DNA of 64,000 bases from Desulfosudaceae bacterium (GTDB taxonomy: Bacteria > Desulfobacterota > Desulfobacteria > Desulfobacterales > Desulfosudaceae). The stretch spans positions 1,472,001 through 1,536,000 of the forward strand of contig CAXXDV010000001.1 in assembly GCA_963674745.2 (NCBI GenBank). Direction: 5' to 3'. Each line of letters opens with the position of its first letter. The first letter of the stretch is position 1. Under the pieces are notes generated by a model. That model was not told the DNA's origin. It worked only from the letters and a program-made list of their open reading frames with translations, and made no database searches. Shown piece by piece: positions 63,096 to 64,000 of the stretch. The translations under genes were made by a program, and so were the position numbers.

Positions 63096-63562
63096 CAGTG
63101 CTTTACCCCCGTTCCGGTCAGCACCCCATGACAGACGGTCAGGCCGTCTTCACGGACAATGCTGGTTTTTGATTTTATGTTTCCCCGGCGAAAATATAAT
63201 TTTTTCCCCTTGATGATCACCCGCTGGCCCGGTTTTACCGGATGAAGAAATTCCACCCGGTCAATAAACACGAAAAGCGGTGTCAGCGTGTTGAGCGGTT
63301 TTTCTTCGGGCAGGTCTATTAAAAGCTGGTAAATCCCCAGGGCGGTGACACCGGCCTGGGCCATTGTCTCGACCAGGATGACGCCCGGCGTTATCGGGTT
63401 CCCCGGAAAATGGCCTTTGTAAAAAAAGGCCTTTTCGTCAAACCGGTATGACGACGTAACCGATTGTTCGTCTATGCCGAGGATGTCGTCGATAAATCGA
63501 AAAGGGGCCTGCTGCGGGATCGCCTCAAGCACCCGGTCAATCATTTTCCGGTCAGCCGCCAT
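63095..63562 (-). CDS. 3-hydroxyacyl-ACP dehydratase (FabZ-like)
   Basis: IPQQAPFRFID...GHFPGNPITPGVILVETMAQ. Confidence 0.9.
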   Translation of the reverse strand: MAADRKMIDRVLEAIPQQAPFRFIDDILGIDEQSVTSSYRFDEKAFFYKGHFPGNPITPGVILVETMAQAGVTALGIYQLLIDLPEEKPLNTLTPLFVFIDRVEFLHPVKPGQRVIIKGKKLYFRRGNIKSKTSIVREDGLTVCHGVLTGTGVKH

Positions 63563-64000
63563 AGTTGCCTCCGTTTACATGAATGACCGTGCCGTTGATG
63601 TAGCTTCCCTGTGACGCCAGAAAGGCCACGACCTCGGCCACCTCTTCGGGAAGCCCCATTCTTTGCAGGGGGACATCCCTGATCATTCTGTTTTTGATGT
63701 CTTCGGGCAGGTCCCGGGTCATGTCCGTATCGATGAAGCCCGGCGCCACGGAATTGACCAGAATGTTCCGGCCGGAAAACTCTTTGGCCAGTGATTTGGT
63801 CATGGCATCAAGCGCGCCTTTTTCCATGGTATAGGCAACCTGGCCCGGGTTTCCCATATGACCGGTGATGCTGGAAATGTTGATGATTCTGCCCCCGGAC
63901 TGCCGGAGCATGAACAGCCGCAATATTTTTTTGGTCAGATACCAGGCGCCTCTCATGACGGACCGCTGGGTGTCGAACTCATCGATGGTCATGCCCAGGA
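63552..64000 (-). CDS. 3-oxoacyl-ACP reductase (FabG-like SDR), 5' end outside window
   Basis: GRIINISS, YTMEK (YxxxK), VAPGFIDTDMT. Confidence 0.88.
   Translation of the reverse strand, partial: LGMTIDEFDTQRSVMRGAWYLTKKILRLFMLRQSGGRIINISSITGHMGNPGQVAYTMEKGALDAMTKSLAKEFSGRNILVNSVAPGFIDTDMTRDLPEDIKNRMIRDVPLQRMGLPEEVAEVVAFLASQGSYINGTVIHVNGGNYGG

Overview
Bacterial chromosomal window, probably from an anaerobic Desulfobacterota-like organism (inferred from gene content only). The left flank (1-8.1 kb) holds rpmF, an aldehyde:ferredoxin oxidoreductase, MscS, YitT, gltX, tRNA-Gln(CTG), a DUF3524/GT4 glycosyltransferase and YaiI. The right flank (60.1-64 kb) is an accessory type II fatty-acid-synthase operon (FabG, FabZ, FabF, ACP, acyltransferase, PPTase). 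Between them is a ~51.6-kb integron-type cassette array on the minus strand. I counted about 89 attC sites of ~115-122 bp by hand, and an attI-like site lies at ~59757, but no integrase gene is present in the window. The array carries mostly small AT-rich hypothetical or membrane genes, many exact duplicates, and three toxin-antitoxin cassettes at its distal end. It also hosts an unusual set of non-coding elements: (i) a 216-bp TIR-bounded MITE-like element inserted 8 times, always at the attC G|TT crossover triplet, with AAC duplicated and one 4x tandem; (ii) two 710-bp ORF-less group IIC-attC introns that differ in their putative EBS1, one joining a foreign gene to an attC body identical to that of another cassette; (iii) 14 plus 4 copies of two gene-less cassette families carrying sigma70-like promoters and stem-loops; (iv) a 129-bp IS1111-like remnant inside another attC. 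All counts and alignments were done by eye and no databases were searched.
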